DNA of 63,188 nucleotides, counting the filler, from Octopus bimaculoides (Eukaryota): the NCBI RefSeq assembly GCF_001194135.2. It is 5 parts of 4 records of this genome, joined end to end, with 100 filler letters (N's around TTAATTAATTAA, not from the genome) between each part and the next. Parts side by side here need not be neighbours in the genome. Positions count along the whole stretch, not along the records: positions 1 to 19,782 come from NC_068981.1; 4 more parts are not named here. One strand, written 5' to 3'. Below the pieces are notes generated by a model. It saw only the letters and a program-made list of their open reading frames with translations. It ran no database searches and had not been told where the DNA came from. Below, piece after piece: positions 1 to 13,697 of this stretch. The position numbers and the translations under genes were made by a program. Every line of letters begins with the position of its first letter. Position 1 is the stretch's first letter.

Positions 1-501
1 TATATATATATATATGTGTGTGTGTGTGTATGTGTGTGTGTGTGTGTCTCTGCGTGTATGTGTGTGTGTGTGTGTGGGAGGCAAGTGTGTATGTGTACAT
101 TTGTGCGTATGTGTATGTGTATGCACGCTTGCTTTTGTGCGCTAGCATGTATAATGTGTACTTGCACATATCCAGTGTATTTGGACAACAGAATTTGATG
201 TAAGTATGGACGCAATCTCTTAAAAAACTATACTCTCTGGTGCTATATGAACCATAAACACACACAGGCATACGTATGCACATATATATACACACATATA
301 TATGTGTATGTGTGTGCATGTGCATATGCATATATATAAACATATACGTATGTATACATAATATATACATATATACACATCTACTTATGCATATATAAAT
401 AAAACAAATGCATACACATGTATTCATACTTGTGTATAGAGATATATATGTATGAATATATATATATAAAGAGAGAGATAGAGATAAAGATATAAATATT
501 G

Positions 502-566
<65 letters not shown>
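1..566. repeat. Compound microsatellite block (TA/TG/TATG)
   Basis: Directly visible dinucleotide and tetranucleotide arrays. Confidence 0.95.
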
Positions 567-567
<1 letters not shown>

Positions 568-901
568 GTTAAAGCTCACATACTAACTACTCATGCACAG
601 ACACAATATAATCACATAAAAAAGAAGAAAATTAATAAATCATAGACTATTGGATACTTTGTATAGAATATATGAAAAGATGCTGAAGTAGATAAAAAAA
701 AGTTATGTGTGGCAATAAATATAGCAAGTAAATATCTTTAATAATATGAGCTATTCATTGAGTTTGAAACTAAAATCAATAGCCACTAAATTAAGGCCAG
801 AATAGTTTGAATTTCTTTAGAAAGTCTTTCTGTCAGACAGGAAGTTCTTTTTTTTAAAGAATACTTAAGGCGAGAAATGGAAAGCTATAATATATATATA
901 T

Positions 902-940
<39 letters not shown>

Positions 941-1063
941 CCTATGCACTTATGTATAATATATATGCATGTATATATACATATGTGTACATATTATACG
1001 TATATATATGTGTGTTTGTTTATATACACATTTTAATATACATATACGTATGCACACACATAA

Positions 1064-1107
<44 letters not shown>

Positions 1108-1339
1108 GTAGTCAGTTATTTGTCCATAAGTCAGAAATATAAATAATTCACCTGGCACGTTTTTATATCGTCAAACCACATATTACTGGTTATAACATAT
1201 AACTGATCAGAATGTTAACGTCGGTTTTGCGTTAAATAACACCACTAGACGATGTTGACTCTTCGGTCACGGTCTACTGGCGAGTGTGCGCTCCTGTGTG
1301 TGTGTGTAAATATGTGTGTGTGTCTATCAATGCTTGCAA

Positions 1340-1540
1340 ATTTTGGCACAAGGCCAGGAATTTCCTGGGAGGGTATAAGTCAAATACATAGACCTCGCTG
1401 TTCAACTGGTACTTATTTTATCGACCTCGGAAGGATTAAATGCAAATTAGACATCGGTGAATTTTGAACTCGGTATGTAAAGACAGACACAATGCTGCTA
1501 AGCATTTTCCCTGGCGTACTACCGATCCTGCTAGCTCGTC
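1340..1540 (-). mobile_element. tRNA-derived SINE family A, diverged copy
   Basis: Reverse complement matches the body of the cleaner copies at 1558, 27379 and 34570. Confidence 0.75.
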
Positions 1541-1557
1541 GTTCTAATGATAAGGTG

Positions 1558-1789
1558 AAGGCGACGAGCTGGCAGAATCGTTAGCACGCGGAGCGACACG
1601 CTTAGCGGTATTTCGTCTGCCGTTACGTTCTGAGTTCAAATTCCGCCGAGGTCGACTTTGCCTTTCATCCTTTCGGGGTCGATAAATTAAGTACCAGTTA
1701 CGCACTGGGGTCGATGTAATCGACTCAATCCGTTCGTCTGTCCTTGTTTGTTCCCTCTATGTTTAGCCCCTTGTGGGCAATAAAGAAAT
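1558..1789 (+). mobile_element. tRNA-derived SINE family A, full copy with tail type 2
   Basis: GGCGACGAGCTGGCAGAATCGTTAGC head, B-box-like GAGTTCAAATTCC, body GTCGACTTTGCCTTTCATCCTTTCGGGGTCGATAAA repeated more than 10 times in the window; a partial second copy follows at 1790..1935. Confidence 0.9.
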
Positions 1790-2510
1790 GAGAATCGTTA
1801 CCGTACCGAGCAAAATGTTTAGCTACGTTCCTTCCTACTTTACGTTCTGAGTTCTAATACCGCCGTGGTCGACTTTGTTTTATATCCTTTCGAGGTCGAT
1901 AAAATAAATACCAGTTGAACACTGGGGTCGTGTAATTGCTAACCTTGTGACAAAATTCAAGACCATTAATAATAGAGTTAGGCAGAAGAAATGAAAGTAT
2001 TGATCCTTAGTTTAAGTTCAGGTATGGAAACAATTTAAATAAAAGACAATATTTATGTTGTTACGTTTAAGAATTTGTCTCTATCCCCTGAGGTTGCTTG
2101 TTCTTCTGTCCTAAAACCACAAGTATTTTCAACAAGTGGACATAAAAGTTCTTAAATACGTAAATATTCTACATTATTTTATTGCATGCCGTTTCGTTTA
2201 ATTTCTTCGAAAATTTGAAAACTTTCAGAACCTGTACTGAAACAACCTAAGGCGTAATTCCTTCGTTTTTTCTGACTGACCTTATTATTACCAATATACT
2301 ATCCAGAAACTAGCCAAAAAAAAACCCCCAAAAAAAACCGTTTGATTCATATATACATATATGTATATATATATATGTATATATGTAAAATAAGAGCAGG
2401 AAAATTACACCAAAACACCATCACAGAATATATACGTCCAAAATAATATTGTATTGATAGATAGACGTATAAATATATAAAGTATGATTATTAAAAAGTT
2501 TAAAACACAC

Positions 2511-2543
<33 letters not shown>

Positions 2544-2626
2544 CGTGTGTGTGTGTATATATATGTATTATGTATGTATGCACGTATGTATGTATGTATG
2601 TATGCATGTATGTATGTATATCTTCT

Positions 2627-2830
2627 TTTATCTTTTACTCGTTTTAGTCATTTGACCGCGGCCATGCTGGAAAACGTATTAAATTTAGTTGAGGAAATCG
2701 ACCGAATTACATATTTTTTAAGCTTGGTACTTATTCTATCGGTCTCTTTGCCGAACCGCTAAGTTACAGGGAAGTAAACACTCCAAAACCGGTTGCCAAG
2801 CGGTGATGAAGAGACAAATACAGACAGCAA
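2627..2830 (-). mobile_element. SINE-like family E copy
   Basis: Motifs GCGGCCATGCTGG and CTATCGGTCTCTTTGCCGAACCGCTAAGTT recur at about 14480, 18690, 19630, 22770 and 39890. Confidence 0.75.
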
Positions 2831-2980
2831 GACACACGTCCCTGGGGGACGAAAAATAAGACCCGTCAAAGGGCGGAGGAACTCATGAGTAGTTAGCAGC
2901 CATCAAGTAAATGAGAGCAAACCGGTAATCAATTTAGGGTTATCTCTTAGTATTTACTATTTACAAATATATATAGTGAA

Positions 2981-3230
2981 GGCGCATGGCTCAGTGGTTA
3001 GAGCGCCGAGCGTGAGATTGTGAGTTCGATTCCCAGACCGGGCTACGTGTTGTGTCCTTGAGCGAGACACTTTATTTCACGTTGCTCCAGTTCACTCAGG
3101 CGTAGAAATGAGATGCAACGTTACTGGTGCCAAGCTGTATAGGTCTTTGCCTTTCCCTTGGATAACATCGGTGGTGTGTAGAGGGGAGGCTGGTATGCAC
3201 GGGCGACTGCTGGCCTTCCATAAAATCAAC
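2981..3230 (+). mobile_element. tRNA-derived SINE family B (CORE-like central domain)
   Basis: A box TGGCTCAGTGG (2987), B box GAGTTCGATTC (3022), then GTGTCCTTGAGCGAGACACTT; related copies at 36027, 39040 and 60107. Confidence 0.8.
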
Positions 3231-3516
3231 TTTAGGTCGTGCGTTCGCCGGTGAGGCGACTTTCTGACCAGACTTGTTCCCCGGAGGTGAACCTCTTAGG
3301 TGCACCCATGGTCTTTGTGCACCCATGCGTCTTCGTCAAAACAGGCGTTCCCGCAAAGCAAATTAAATAAAATTTGGGAATTGCGGAGGGTTAAAGGTGA
3401 TAACAAAAACAGGATAGTTAAAACAAACGGTAAGGGCTGTTAAGCCATAACGAGGTGAAGTGGTGAACGCTGGAGAAGCACAGGAGACAGACAAAAACTC
3501 GTGCAGACCTTTGTAG

Positions 3517-3592
<76 letters not shown>

Positions 3593-4612
3593 TTATGTAT
3601 TTACATATATTTACTCGGCTACATACACAATACACACATTACTGATTGCAGTTTTGATGTAGGTTTGTATGTAAAGAAAAAAGCCAAACCTTGTCTGTTG
3701 GCTATGCCTATTTGTAATTGTTAAACGACAAAGTACTGGACGGAAGCCAATCCATTGCATGGATTAACTACGTCCATTTCAAACTCAGTGGAATGATATG
3801 AAATGCCATGCTTAACGTCTCAACACAACGCTCTTTCCGCAATCGAACTCAAGAGTCCAACACCCTAACTACTCGACTGTGAGGTCTCCTGTTTTTATGC
3901 CTCAAGTATCTATCTATCTATCTATCTATTTATCTATCTATCTATCTGTTTCTCTCTCTCTGTCAGTCTGTCCCTGTCTGTCTGTCTGTCTCTGTCTGTC
4001 CCTCCCTCTCTCTCTCTCTCTATATATATAAAATATATGTGTGGGTGTTTTGTATATCAAACACAAAGTAGCATGCATGCACGAGCGCGCGAGTATTGAG
4101 TGTATACATTGTACTTAAAACAAATCATTAATAGGTCCCTTTGAATGATCTCAGCCAATTGGATAGTCATCACTCTTGGGTTATTAAATAGAGAAGAGAT
4201 TTCGCGATCAAATCATGCGGAAAGTACATCAGACAGATAAGCAAGCATAAATTGACCAAGTGTTAGGTTTAGAGCCATAAAAAAGAAAAATAACTATCCT
4301 TTTAAAAGGATGTTGGTGCAAAGGGATTCCTATTGTTGGAGACATCAAATGTAATGGTAATTGCGTCCCGGCATCTTCAGGATGCGCGGCTCACCTCTGT
4401 TATATGTTCTCAACTTATTTTCTCCTTTCATGTCTGTACGCTTTGAATTCTATTCGTTCACTTCGTTATCGTTAAATTGAAAACAAATCACACACAGACA
4501 CACATACACGCGCGCGCGCACGCACACACACACACACACACACACATATATTGACCGTTGACTGAACACCATTCAATTTTTTTTCTCCGTGTTTTTCTCC
4601 TTGTCTCCGTAT

Positions 4613-4649
4613 TCTTTCTGTTGAAGAGCGTAGCTCGAAACGTCAAAGA
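4613..4649 (+). ncRNA. Minimal type I hammerhead-ribozyme-like motif (Penelope-type), A6U core variant
   Basis: TCTTT-CTGTTGA-A-GAGC(GTA)GCTC-GAAAC-GTC-AAAGA: stem I UCUUU/AAAGA, stem II GAGC/GCUC, GUC triplet. Confidence 0.55.
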
Positions 4650-5204
4650 CTTTCCGTATTCCCGAGCGTCATACTAATATATACTTTTGTTATTTACACC
4701 ACCTGTCCTCGTCTGTTGTTATTATTTGTATATTCTCCCATNNNNNNNNNNNNNNNNNNNNNNNNNNNNNNNNNNNNNNNNNNNNNNNNNNNNNNNNNNN
4801 NNNNNNNNNNNNNNNNNNNNNNNNNNNNNNNNNNNNNNNNNNNNNNNNNNNNNNNNNNNNNNNNNNNNNNNNNNNNNNNNNNNNNNNNNNNNNNNNNNNN
4901 NNNNNNNNNNNNNNNNNNNNNNNNNNNNNNNNNNNNNNNNNNNNNNNNNNNNNNNNNNNNNNNNNNNNNNNNNNNNNNNNNNNNNNNNNNNNNNNNNNNN
5001 NNNNNNNNNNNNNNNNNNNNNNNNNNNNNNNNNNNNNNNNNNNNNNNNNNNNNATATATATATATATATATATATACATGGTAGAAATCAACTCGTGACC
5101 GAGTAACACCATTTCCTAAATCCATTTCAGTCTAAGAAGCATTTCGTGTTTGGTCTCCCTATCGCTAGTATACATACATCGTCTCATATACATGCATAGA
5201 TACA

Positions 5205-5240
<36 letters not shown>

Positions 5241-7064
5241 TATATATACGTCCATTGACATCAATTTTTATCTCGACGATATCTCCTCTCACTCCGTACC
5301 AGCCAAATCCTCTAGCTTCTTCAATTTTTGGTGTCACTGATTATATAGTATTAGTTTGATCTTCAATTCCAAATTATATACATCACTCAATAGGGATAAT
5401 GCCAACCATGTCGCTTTCAAAGGCAAAAAAAAAACACGAACACACATAATGTAAATGAAATATCACAGACTGTTGCGCAATATTCGTTTAGTATGAGTAG
5501 CACACAACTAAACCCCTCACAATCGTTTGAAAGTTTGGGCACCACTATCACCAAAGATCTCTCCTAGTGAAACTGCAATCTTAACATAGCTATGACCGTA
5601 TCCTAGTAACCTAAGAACTCGCCCTTATCTCCAGGATCTGAAGAGTCTTAACTTCCTCCACAACATTCATTGATACTCAACAAATCTCAAGTGGTTTCTA
5701 ATGATGTGTTGCTCCCAGATTTGGGGACTTTGTTGCTGTTGAAAGTACATCCAGAAAATAGCCATCGGATTGATTGGTACACTCCAGCCTCTGACCACAT
5801 GTATGCTATCTTCTTTCAGGCAATAACCCATCTCCTCTCCTCTCATCAACGTTCTTTTGTCCAGCATCTTACCCAGGAAACACACTAACCAATACGTACA
5901 GTCGTTTCTTCTCAGAACGTTGTCCCTCGAGAATCTCTCTTCCTGTTTACATATTATTCGTAGGTGAGATAGTTCAAATGAAATATTAATATCAGCCTAA
6001 ACGGTTACACAGAACCTATGAAATCTATGAGCGCTGTCTTACTCAAGACACAGCAAGTGAAAAAAATTGCACTTAAAAGTTTACCGCAAGATTATGGCTA
6101 TTAGAAGGTACGGCGAGCTGGTATCCCAGATGCCATTGTCCATGTATATATGTGATCTTATGTACATATGTGTCATTCTGTATTGTTAACAATCGTATGT
6201 ATATGTGTGTTACTATCTGTCGATATTTTCTAGGAAGAGCCTCATTCATATATATCTATAGGCTGTCTCAAAAAAAGTGACTGGTGGCCATGATTATGTA
6301 CTATACATAGCCCTTTATATGTTTGTTCCAGTCCTGGTTACTTGCGTTCAAATTCATTATGGAACACCCTGTATGTGTACAGATCTGAATGTGAATATTG
6401 CTATTGACAAGCTGTTTGCTGCTGTCGATGGCATGACCAGCGTAAAATCTTTCTCTGCTTTAAACCAATCAATATTTATTCCTTTCCTTCTCGTTGTCAT
6501 CCTCCTTATTTCCTTCTTTTTCTCTCTCGCAAACCCAACCCCAGCTTCAACCACTTTCCAATCCTCACCTTCATTCTCTTCACCCGCTCACTGTCTCCGA
6601 TTGCTTCGCACCACTCATATGCAACAACTATTTTTTTGTTTCTACTTCCCGTTTTTCAATGCTGTTTCTAAGCTCAGATGGGCTAAATACAAAAGAAAAT
6701 CTTATTCGCTACCGAACAAGATTTTAGCGGAAACGTCAGAATCTTTTAAGAAACGTAACGTTTTACCAATAAATACAAATATTGCCGATGCAAACATCCA
6801 CTACTCTCTCTGGATTTTCTTTTCCTTACCTATCTACAAACACACATTCGTATATATAAATATAGAACTGCTTTAAAACATGAATTGAAAATACAGCTAC
6901 GTTCTAGTCTTAACACTTTTAGTGGGATTTTTTTTTCATATTCTCGTATGCAACCCTTACAGTTGCTTTTAAGTAATAAGTTCCTAAATCCACAGTAATT
7001 CTCAATGTAGTTAGAGTTCCACGAACTCATCATGAGGATTCAAAACTCTCTCTATATATATATA

Positions 7065-7095
<31 letters not shown>

Positions 7096-7798
7096 ATGCA
7101 TGTATGTATCTATGTATGTATGTATGTANNNNNNNNNNNNNNNNNNNNNNNNNNNNNNNNNNNNNNNNNNNNNNNNNNNNNNNNNNNNNNNNNNNNNNNN
7201 NNNNNNNNNNNNNNNNNNNNNNNNNNNNNNNNNNNNNNNNNNNNNNNNNNNNNNNNNNNNNNNNNNNNNNNNNNNNNNNNNNNNNNNNNNNNNNNNNNNN
7301 NNNNNNNNNNNNNNNNNNNNNNNNNNNNNNNNNNNNNNNNNNNNNNNNNNNNNNNNNNNNNNNNNNNNNNNNNNNNNNNNNNNNNNNNNNNNNNNNNNNN
7401 NNNNNNNNNNNNNNNNNNNNNNNNNNNNNNNNNNNNNNNNNNNNNNNNNNNNNNNNNNNNNNNNNNNNNNNNNNNNNNNNNNNNNNNNNNNNNNNNNNNN
7501 NNNNNNNNNNNNNNNNNNNNNNNNNNNNNNNNNNNNNNNNNNNNNNNNNNNNNNNNNNNNNNNNNNNNNNNNNNNNNNNNNNNNNNNNNNNNNNNNNNNN
7601 NNNNNNNNNNNNNNNNNNNNNNNNNNNNNNNNNNNNNNNNNNNNNNNNNNNNNNNNNNNNNNNNNNNNNNNNNNNNNNNNNNNNNNNNNNNNNNNNNNNN
7701 NNNNNNNNNNNNNNNNNNNNNNNNNNNNNNNNNNNNNNNNNNNNNNNNNNNNNNNNNNNNNNNNNNNNNNNNNNNNNNNNNNNNNNNNNNNNNNNNNT

Positions 7799-8760
7799 AC
7801 TCCTCAGTACTGTTCTGACCGCGTCTACAGAATTCATATTTTTTCCGTCCAGATGATTTTGAAGACTGCGGAATAAATAATAATCAGATGGGGAATTGTC
7901 CGGCGAATATAGTGGGTGGGGCAACGTTTCCCATTTAAACTGCTCGAGCCTTTGGAATGTCGTTGTCACTGTATGTGGCCGAGTATCATCCTGATGGTAG
8001 AACACCTTTCGTCTTGAAACCAAAGATGATCGTTTTTCTTCTAACGCTGACATAAGCCGCTCAATCTGCTCGCAGCAGATCTCCTTTGTTACCTTTTGGT
8101 TTGGGTTTAAAAGTTCAAAGTGGACTAAAAGTGGACATATCCCACCAAGCAGATAGCATCACCATATGTGTGTGAACACCTTCCTCAGCCTGGGGTGCCG
8201 GTGTTTCTCCTTTCCCTACCCACTGTCTTTTGTGCTTGACATTTTTATAGAGAACCTATTTCTCGTCACCAGTCACTATTCAGTCCAAAAAAAGATTCAT
8301 TCGTGAGACGTGACAGCAAAGAAGAGCACACATTCACTCTTTGTGCGCGATTAGACGTGTAAAGTTTCAAGAACACATTGACCCAATTTGCACGCAGGTG
8401 TCGATGAATAGTTGAATGACCAAATCCAAGCTTCTCTGCTAATTCCTCAACAGTTGCGATGGGATTTTGTTCCGCCAAGGTTTGCAGGACGTCTTTGTCG
8501 AGCTCTACAGGTCTTCCAGGGCGAGGCTCGTCTCCTAGGTTGTCGTTTCCGGCTCGGAATTTTTGGAACCACCGTTTATACTGGCTTACTCTGATTGTCC
8601 GATACCCATACACTGCATGAATATTCCTCGTACTTTCTGTTGCGTTGTTGCCTTCATTGAATTCGTAAAGCAAAATATGCCGAATATGCTCCTTTGTCAC
8701 TTCTATTATAGCTTTGAAAAAAATAACTCTTAAAATCGAACTGCACTCAGCAACACAGGT
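7799..8760 (-). mobile_element. Decayed mariner transposase (mellifera-like), 3' end lost in N gap
   Basis: EHIRHILLYEF...RWFQKFRAG...GRPVELD HTH region; VTGDEK*VLYKN; HQDDTRPH and HPLYSPDNSPSDYYLFRSL catalytic motifs; TAG at 8256-8258 and a deletion over the WVPHEL linker. Confidence 0.9.
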
Positions 8761-8784
8761 GAATCCCATATATATATATATGAT

Positions 8785-8818
<34 letters not shown>

Positions 8819-9084
8819 TGATTACCTTTTCCAATCTGTCCGTTTCTGAATTTATGACGGTGGTGTGTGATTTTTAGAAGTTTAGGCTGGTACATACATA
8901 TTCTCAATACCGGGAAGTATTTCTTCCAACTCTTTACCTAGGTCTCACCGAGGTCAACTTTTCCTCCCATTTTTTGAAGCTGATAAAATTACCAGTCATG
9001 TACTGGGGTCGATGGACTAACTCTTCCTTTTAAATTGCTAGCCTTGTGCGTAAATAATGGCCATTATTATTACAGTGTGATGGG

Positions 9085-9297
9085 GAGGGGTCGGAATAGC
9101 AGAAGGGTTAGCACACCAGATGAAATGCATAGCTGCATTTCGCCTGTCACTACGTTCTGGATTCAAATTCTACCGAAGTCGTCTTTGCATTTTATCCTTT
9201 TGGGGTCGATAAATTAAGTACCAGTGAAACACTGGGGTTGATGTAATCGACTAGTCCTCGCCACGAAATTTCGGGCCTTGTGCCTATACTAGAAAGG
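9085..9297 (+). mobile_element. SINE family A copy with tail type 1
   Basis: Family A body ending TTCGGGCCTTGTGCCTATACTAGAAAGG. Confidence 0.8.
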
Positions 9298-12200
9298 TTA
9301 TTTGTTTCGGCTCTATAAAAATCAAAGTTTAAATATCGCTGAAGTCAAACTTGCTTTTCATCCCCACCCCTCTTACAGTTTTCTTACAGTTATGCTAATC
9401 CACCAACCTTTATCGACATAAAATGAAGCACCGATCAAATTCTAGGGTCTATTTAAACAACTGATCCACTTCCCCAAATTTCTTGCTTTATTTCTATAAT
9501 GGAAACAATTTGTAGAGTGTAGCTTTTGTCAAAGACCTCTATCCTCAGTGATCTTCATCGGAGTAGTTTTGTTGGTTCAGTTGAAATGTGATTGTGTCCA
9601 CTGTGCCTTTTATCCTTCCAAGGTATATTAAATTAGTGACAGTCAAATACTAGCAACAAGTTTATCGTGTGAAATGCTCACCTAAAATTAGTGGCATCGC
9701 ACTGCTAAAATCTATCGTTGTTGCTGTTATTTATTTTGCCATCACTGTTTTCTTGCTGAAAATAATGTTATGTTATTTTCTCACTTGCTTCTCAGTTATT
9801 TTACAGCTCTCTTATCGAATATCTAAAGTCTTAAGTTACTTCTTATGGCGAAAAATTAACTGAATTTGCAATTCCATACAAGGCATCGTAATTAAACAGC
9901 TGTGGCTTTTTTCAGAACCAGAAACAAGAGGAAGAATTTAAAGAGCTTTTAATCCGAAGAAGCATCAGAGCTCATAAAAAAAGAAGGCAATTTTAAAACT
10001 GACAACACCATTCCAACACTGTCAGAATTTATGGATTCCCAATTACCATAAAACTTTTATTGCAGACAACAATTTGTCCCAGTTTTTATATATATTTTCC
10101 TTTTAACTTTTGATATTTTTCCTTTGATTATCTTTCGTCTTTTCACGAGTAACTATTATTTTTAGGCATTCAATCAATTCTCATTTTTATTTGTTTTGTT
10201 GACTGGATTCAAAGAAAAAAAATATCAATAATCTGAGGAAGTTGATTCCACGAAATTTAGAGAAGATGAAAAAAAGAAAGAAAATTAAAAGAAAATAAAT
10301 GAATACAGAAAACGCAACGGAAGAAATCGAGTTCTTCAAAATTCTAAGCTATTTACTTTTTATTCATCTTCTTTAATGTTTTCTATTTGTAATTTCCCCG
10401 CCCCTTTCTTTGAATCCAGATTTTTCAGGTTTGATGACCTTCTGTTTATTCAAGTTGTTCACATAAATTCTTTGAGTGAGAGTTCATAACAGAATTTCTG
10501 TTTAATTCCACCATTCCACTATGTAAGTTTCGGCTGCGAAGAGAAAATAAAGAAAATCACTTTGAAGGAATACATAACAGGCAAGAAATCGACATTGCTC
10601 GGCTGCAGAGTCGTGAATTATTCAAAGCTCATCACTGATATATTGGTGTGACAATTTCATTCATTGGGAAATTAGAGCTGCTAAATATTCGCGATAACAT
10701 TTAAAATTTTTCATCCAGATGTGAAGGAAATAGCCATTGACTCTTTGCAGGGATTTCAAAACTGGTATGAGGAAGCGGGATCTGATCCTAATGCATGCTT
10801 CAAAGTTGGAGTGAGGTGTCTACTAAAGACACGCAAGATATCAGGTGGTGATGTTAAACCGGATGACACAGTAAGAAGTCCACCCAAGTAAGCCATGGCT
10901 GCATTTGAACTCGGATCGCTAAGAACCGGAACAAATACCGCAAGACATTCGGTCCGATTTTCTTACAGTTCTGCTAATCCACCGACCTTTATTTTGGGGA
11001 CCTCCGAAAAGATGAAAAGTAAAATAAACTGCAATAGGATTTGAACTCAGAATCGGAACAAATACCTCGAGACTTTTTATCCGACATTCTATCAACGCTG
11101 CCAGTTCACCATCTTTACAGTAAGTACATTCGAAGGATGGTAGTTGAAGTGGTTAAGGGGAGGGATATATTGGTTTCACATTTTAGCACAAGGCCAGCAA
11201 TTTCGGGGGTGGGATATAAGTCGATTACATCAATTCAACTGGAAGTTATTCTAACGACTCCGAAAGTAACGATTTTGTTGGCTCGCTGCATTAATTAAGG
11301 GGATATATTAATGATTATTATGATATGAAGTAACAAGTGTAGCAGTCTGCTGATGGGTGCAGGGGCGATTGTAATGATGTCAAGTTAGATGCAGTGGACT
11401 GATTTCCCTTTTACTAGTAACAGAGTGTGAACTCATGATGGTTGAATGGTTAAGAGTTCGATCCACTGCATGGCATATTGTTTTTTTTACGCCCATTACT
11501 TCTGCTCAACCCAAGCCTTGCGAATGAAATTGGCTAGACAAAAACTGTGTGGAATCCTGTCGGGTGGATTTTGTCTAATTTAAAGATACAACCTTGTCAT
11601 ACAGGATTCTTTCATATGTCACCCATGGTGCGTTGATTCTACCCGAGAAGTAAGTTAACAGTGCACACACGTCTGTGGAATGCTTACATGCCAAGTCAAT
11701 GAGATAGCAATCATCGACGAAATCAAGGAAGATCCATATACTAATTAATTACTCGGTTTACTAGTAATGGAAATTTGAATAATTTATTGTTACATGAAGT
11801 AGTGTAGTAGCAGCTGTTGTAGAGTAGTAATGAATTTATTGGCGAGAATACTGGTATGTCAAAGTATGCAGATGAGACGATTTGAAGATACACTTATGCA
11901 ATGGCGAATGTAAACGAGTACGAATAGGTTTGTTGATTTGTATAGCATTAGAATTAATCTAGTGAAAAACAGCACTTCTGATTACAACGCTAACAGACAA
12001 GAGACAAAGTGTTTAGAAAATTCTGCTACCAAATTTGAGTTAAAAGGAATTGTCTGATCTACAGATAGAGTGAAATGTCTGGGTTCGTTTTTGTATAAAC
12101 ACTCGCTTTTTTTTTTTAATTCAATCATTTGTTTAACTACTGTGTATCTTTGTTTATGTAGAGACGGTAATTTATATGAAGATAGCTTAATGTTAAGTAA

Positions 12201-13069
12201 TGAAGTGAGGTTGACAGACGTTTAAGTGTGAGTGATGACCGTATGTAATGTTAGAGTGGTAGTTGGATGTGAAAGGAGAATAGTAGTTGTTTGTACCTGA
12301 CCGTGAAGTGAGACTGCCATGTCTTTGTGAAGTAATTGAACAAGTTTCTGATATTTGAATCTTACTTATTTGTCAACCAGCAATATATTCAACAAATCAG
12401 GAGTAGTAAACCTGAGAGAACGATAAAGTAGCAGAGTAAGTATTTTCTTTCACCACTAATAGATTTTAAGTTCAAATACTTACAGAAGCACCTTTAAATC
12501 TCATCTCTTGAGAGTCAATAAAATTGTTACTAAAAGATTGCAACAAGCACGTACAGGAGTCAGTTCGATCAATTCTATTCGTTTTTCTAGATATGTGTCA
12601 ACCTGTGCCGTTGTGCGAAATCAATATATTTCATCGCTCGAAGACGGTGGAATTGGAGAAAACACTAATGCACTTACGAAAAAGGGATTACAACTTTAGA
12701 ACATATAGATTTTGCTCATCTAGCTTCCGCGTTCTAAAGCTACTGGGATCGCTTTTTGATATCCTTCCTGACCGATAAAATAATCATTTGTTATATACTG
12801 GCATACATGCAATTGAATATGTCTTTCCTGCCAGTTGGGGAATTCGACTTCACCTTACTCCCAAAGATGTCATATATTCAATCAGTCGTTGAGTACTTAA
12901 GAGCAAGGGGCACTTCAGGGAACTGAACAACCAAGAGTTTAACGTTCAGCTATAAGGTAAATATGAAACACTCACACACACACATTTATAAGTATATATG
13001 TATATGTATGTGTGTATGTATGTATTTATGTACGCTTATAAATACATATGTGTGCATGTAGTGTGTGTG

Positions 13070-13102
<33 letters not shown>

Positions 13103-13537
13103 ATTTGTGTCTGTGTATCGTGACGAACAGCTTTTTTTAAACAAATGGTTTTAAATAAGTTAGAAACAGAACCGTATTATATGGAATTCTCCAAAGCTGT
13201 AGGTTAATCATCGAAGCTATATCGATAAGGAAATGCGAGGCAAACTTTAAAACTCCAGTTAAGTGCCGTAATAACTAACAAAGACTATTTCCTGATTACT
13301 GAAAGAGTGGTAAAAGCTTCGTTTCTGGCGATAATTACATAATTAACACAGAAGCAAGTTCATGATTCTTGACTGCTATAAAATAACAATAACATGTTTC
13401 ACCAATAATGATTTCCTCCAAAGCCAATGAAAGAATCGTTACTAAAACTACGAAGGAACATTTACTAGGTTATTTGACGTGCTAGAAATAAAGACAAATC
13501 TCCCTCAAACCACATCCTTCTGTCTTAATAATTATTT

Positions 13538-13697
13538 CAAATTTTTGCCATAAGGGCAGCTTTGGGAGGTGGTAATGAGTTGATTACATCGACCCCCGTC
13601 TTCAACTGGTACTTATTTTATCAACTCCGAAATGATGAAAGGCAAAGTCGACGTCGGCGGAATTTGAACTCAGAACGTAGCGACGGGCGAAACACCT
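13538..13697 (-). mobile_element. SINE family A copy
   Basis: GAAAGGCAAAGTCGAC...GGAATTTGAACTCAGAACGTA is the reverse complement of the family body. Confidence 0.8.

Noticed and set aside
2981-3060. tRNA genes at SINE heads (also 19013..19085, 35722, 60107)
   Set aside because: A and B boxes are present but there is no complete cloverleaf, and each runs into a repeat body.
4280-4470. Cys-rich open frame GCWCKG...CNGNC...C
   Set aside because: No start or splice support and no recognisable cysteine spacing; compatible with chance.
6690-6745. CGCTA/TAGCG stem followed by GAAACGTC as another hammerhead (also a weak one near 17970)
   Set aside because: No CUGANGA core and no G10.1-C11.1 pair.
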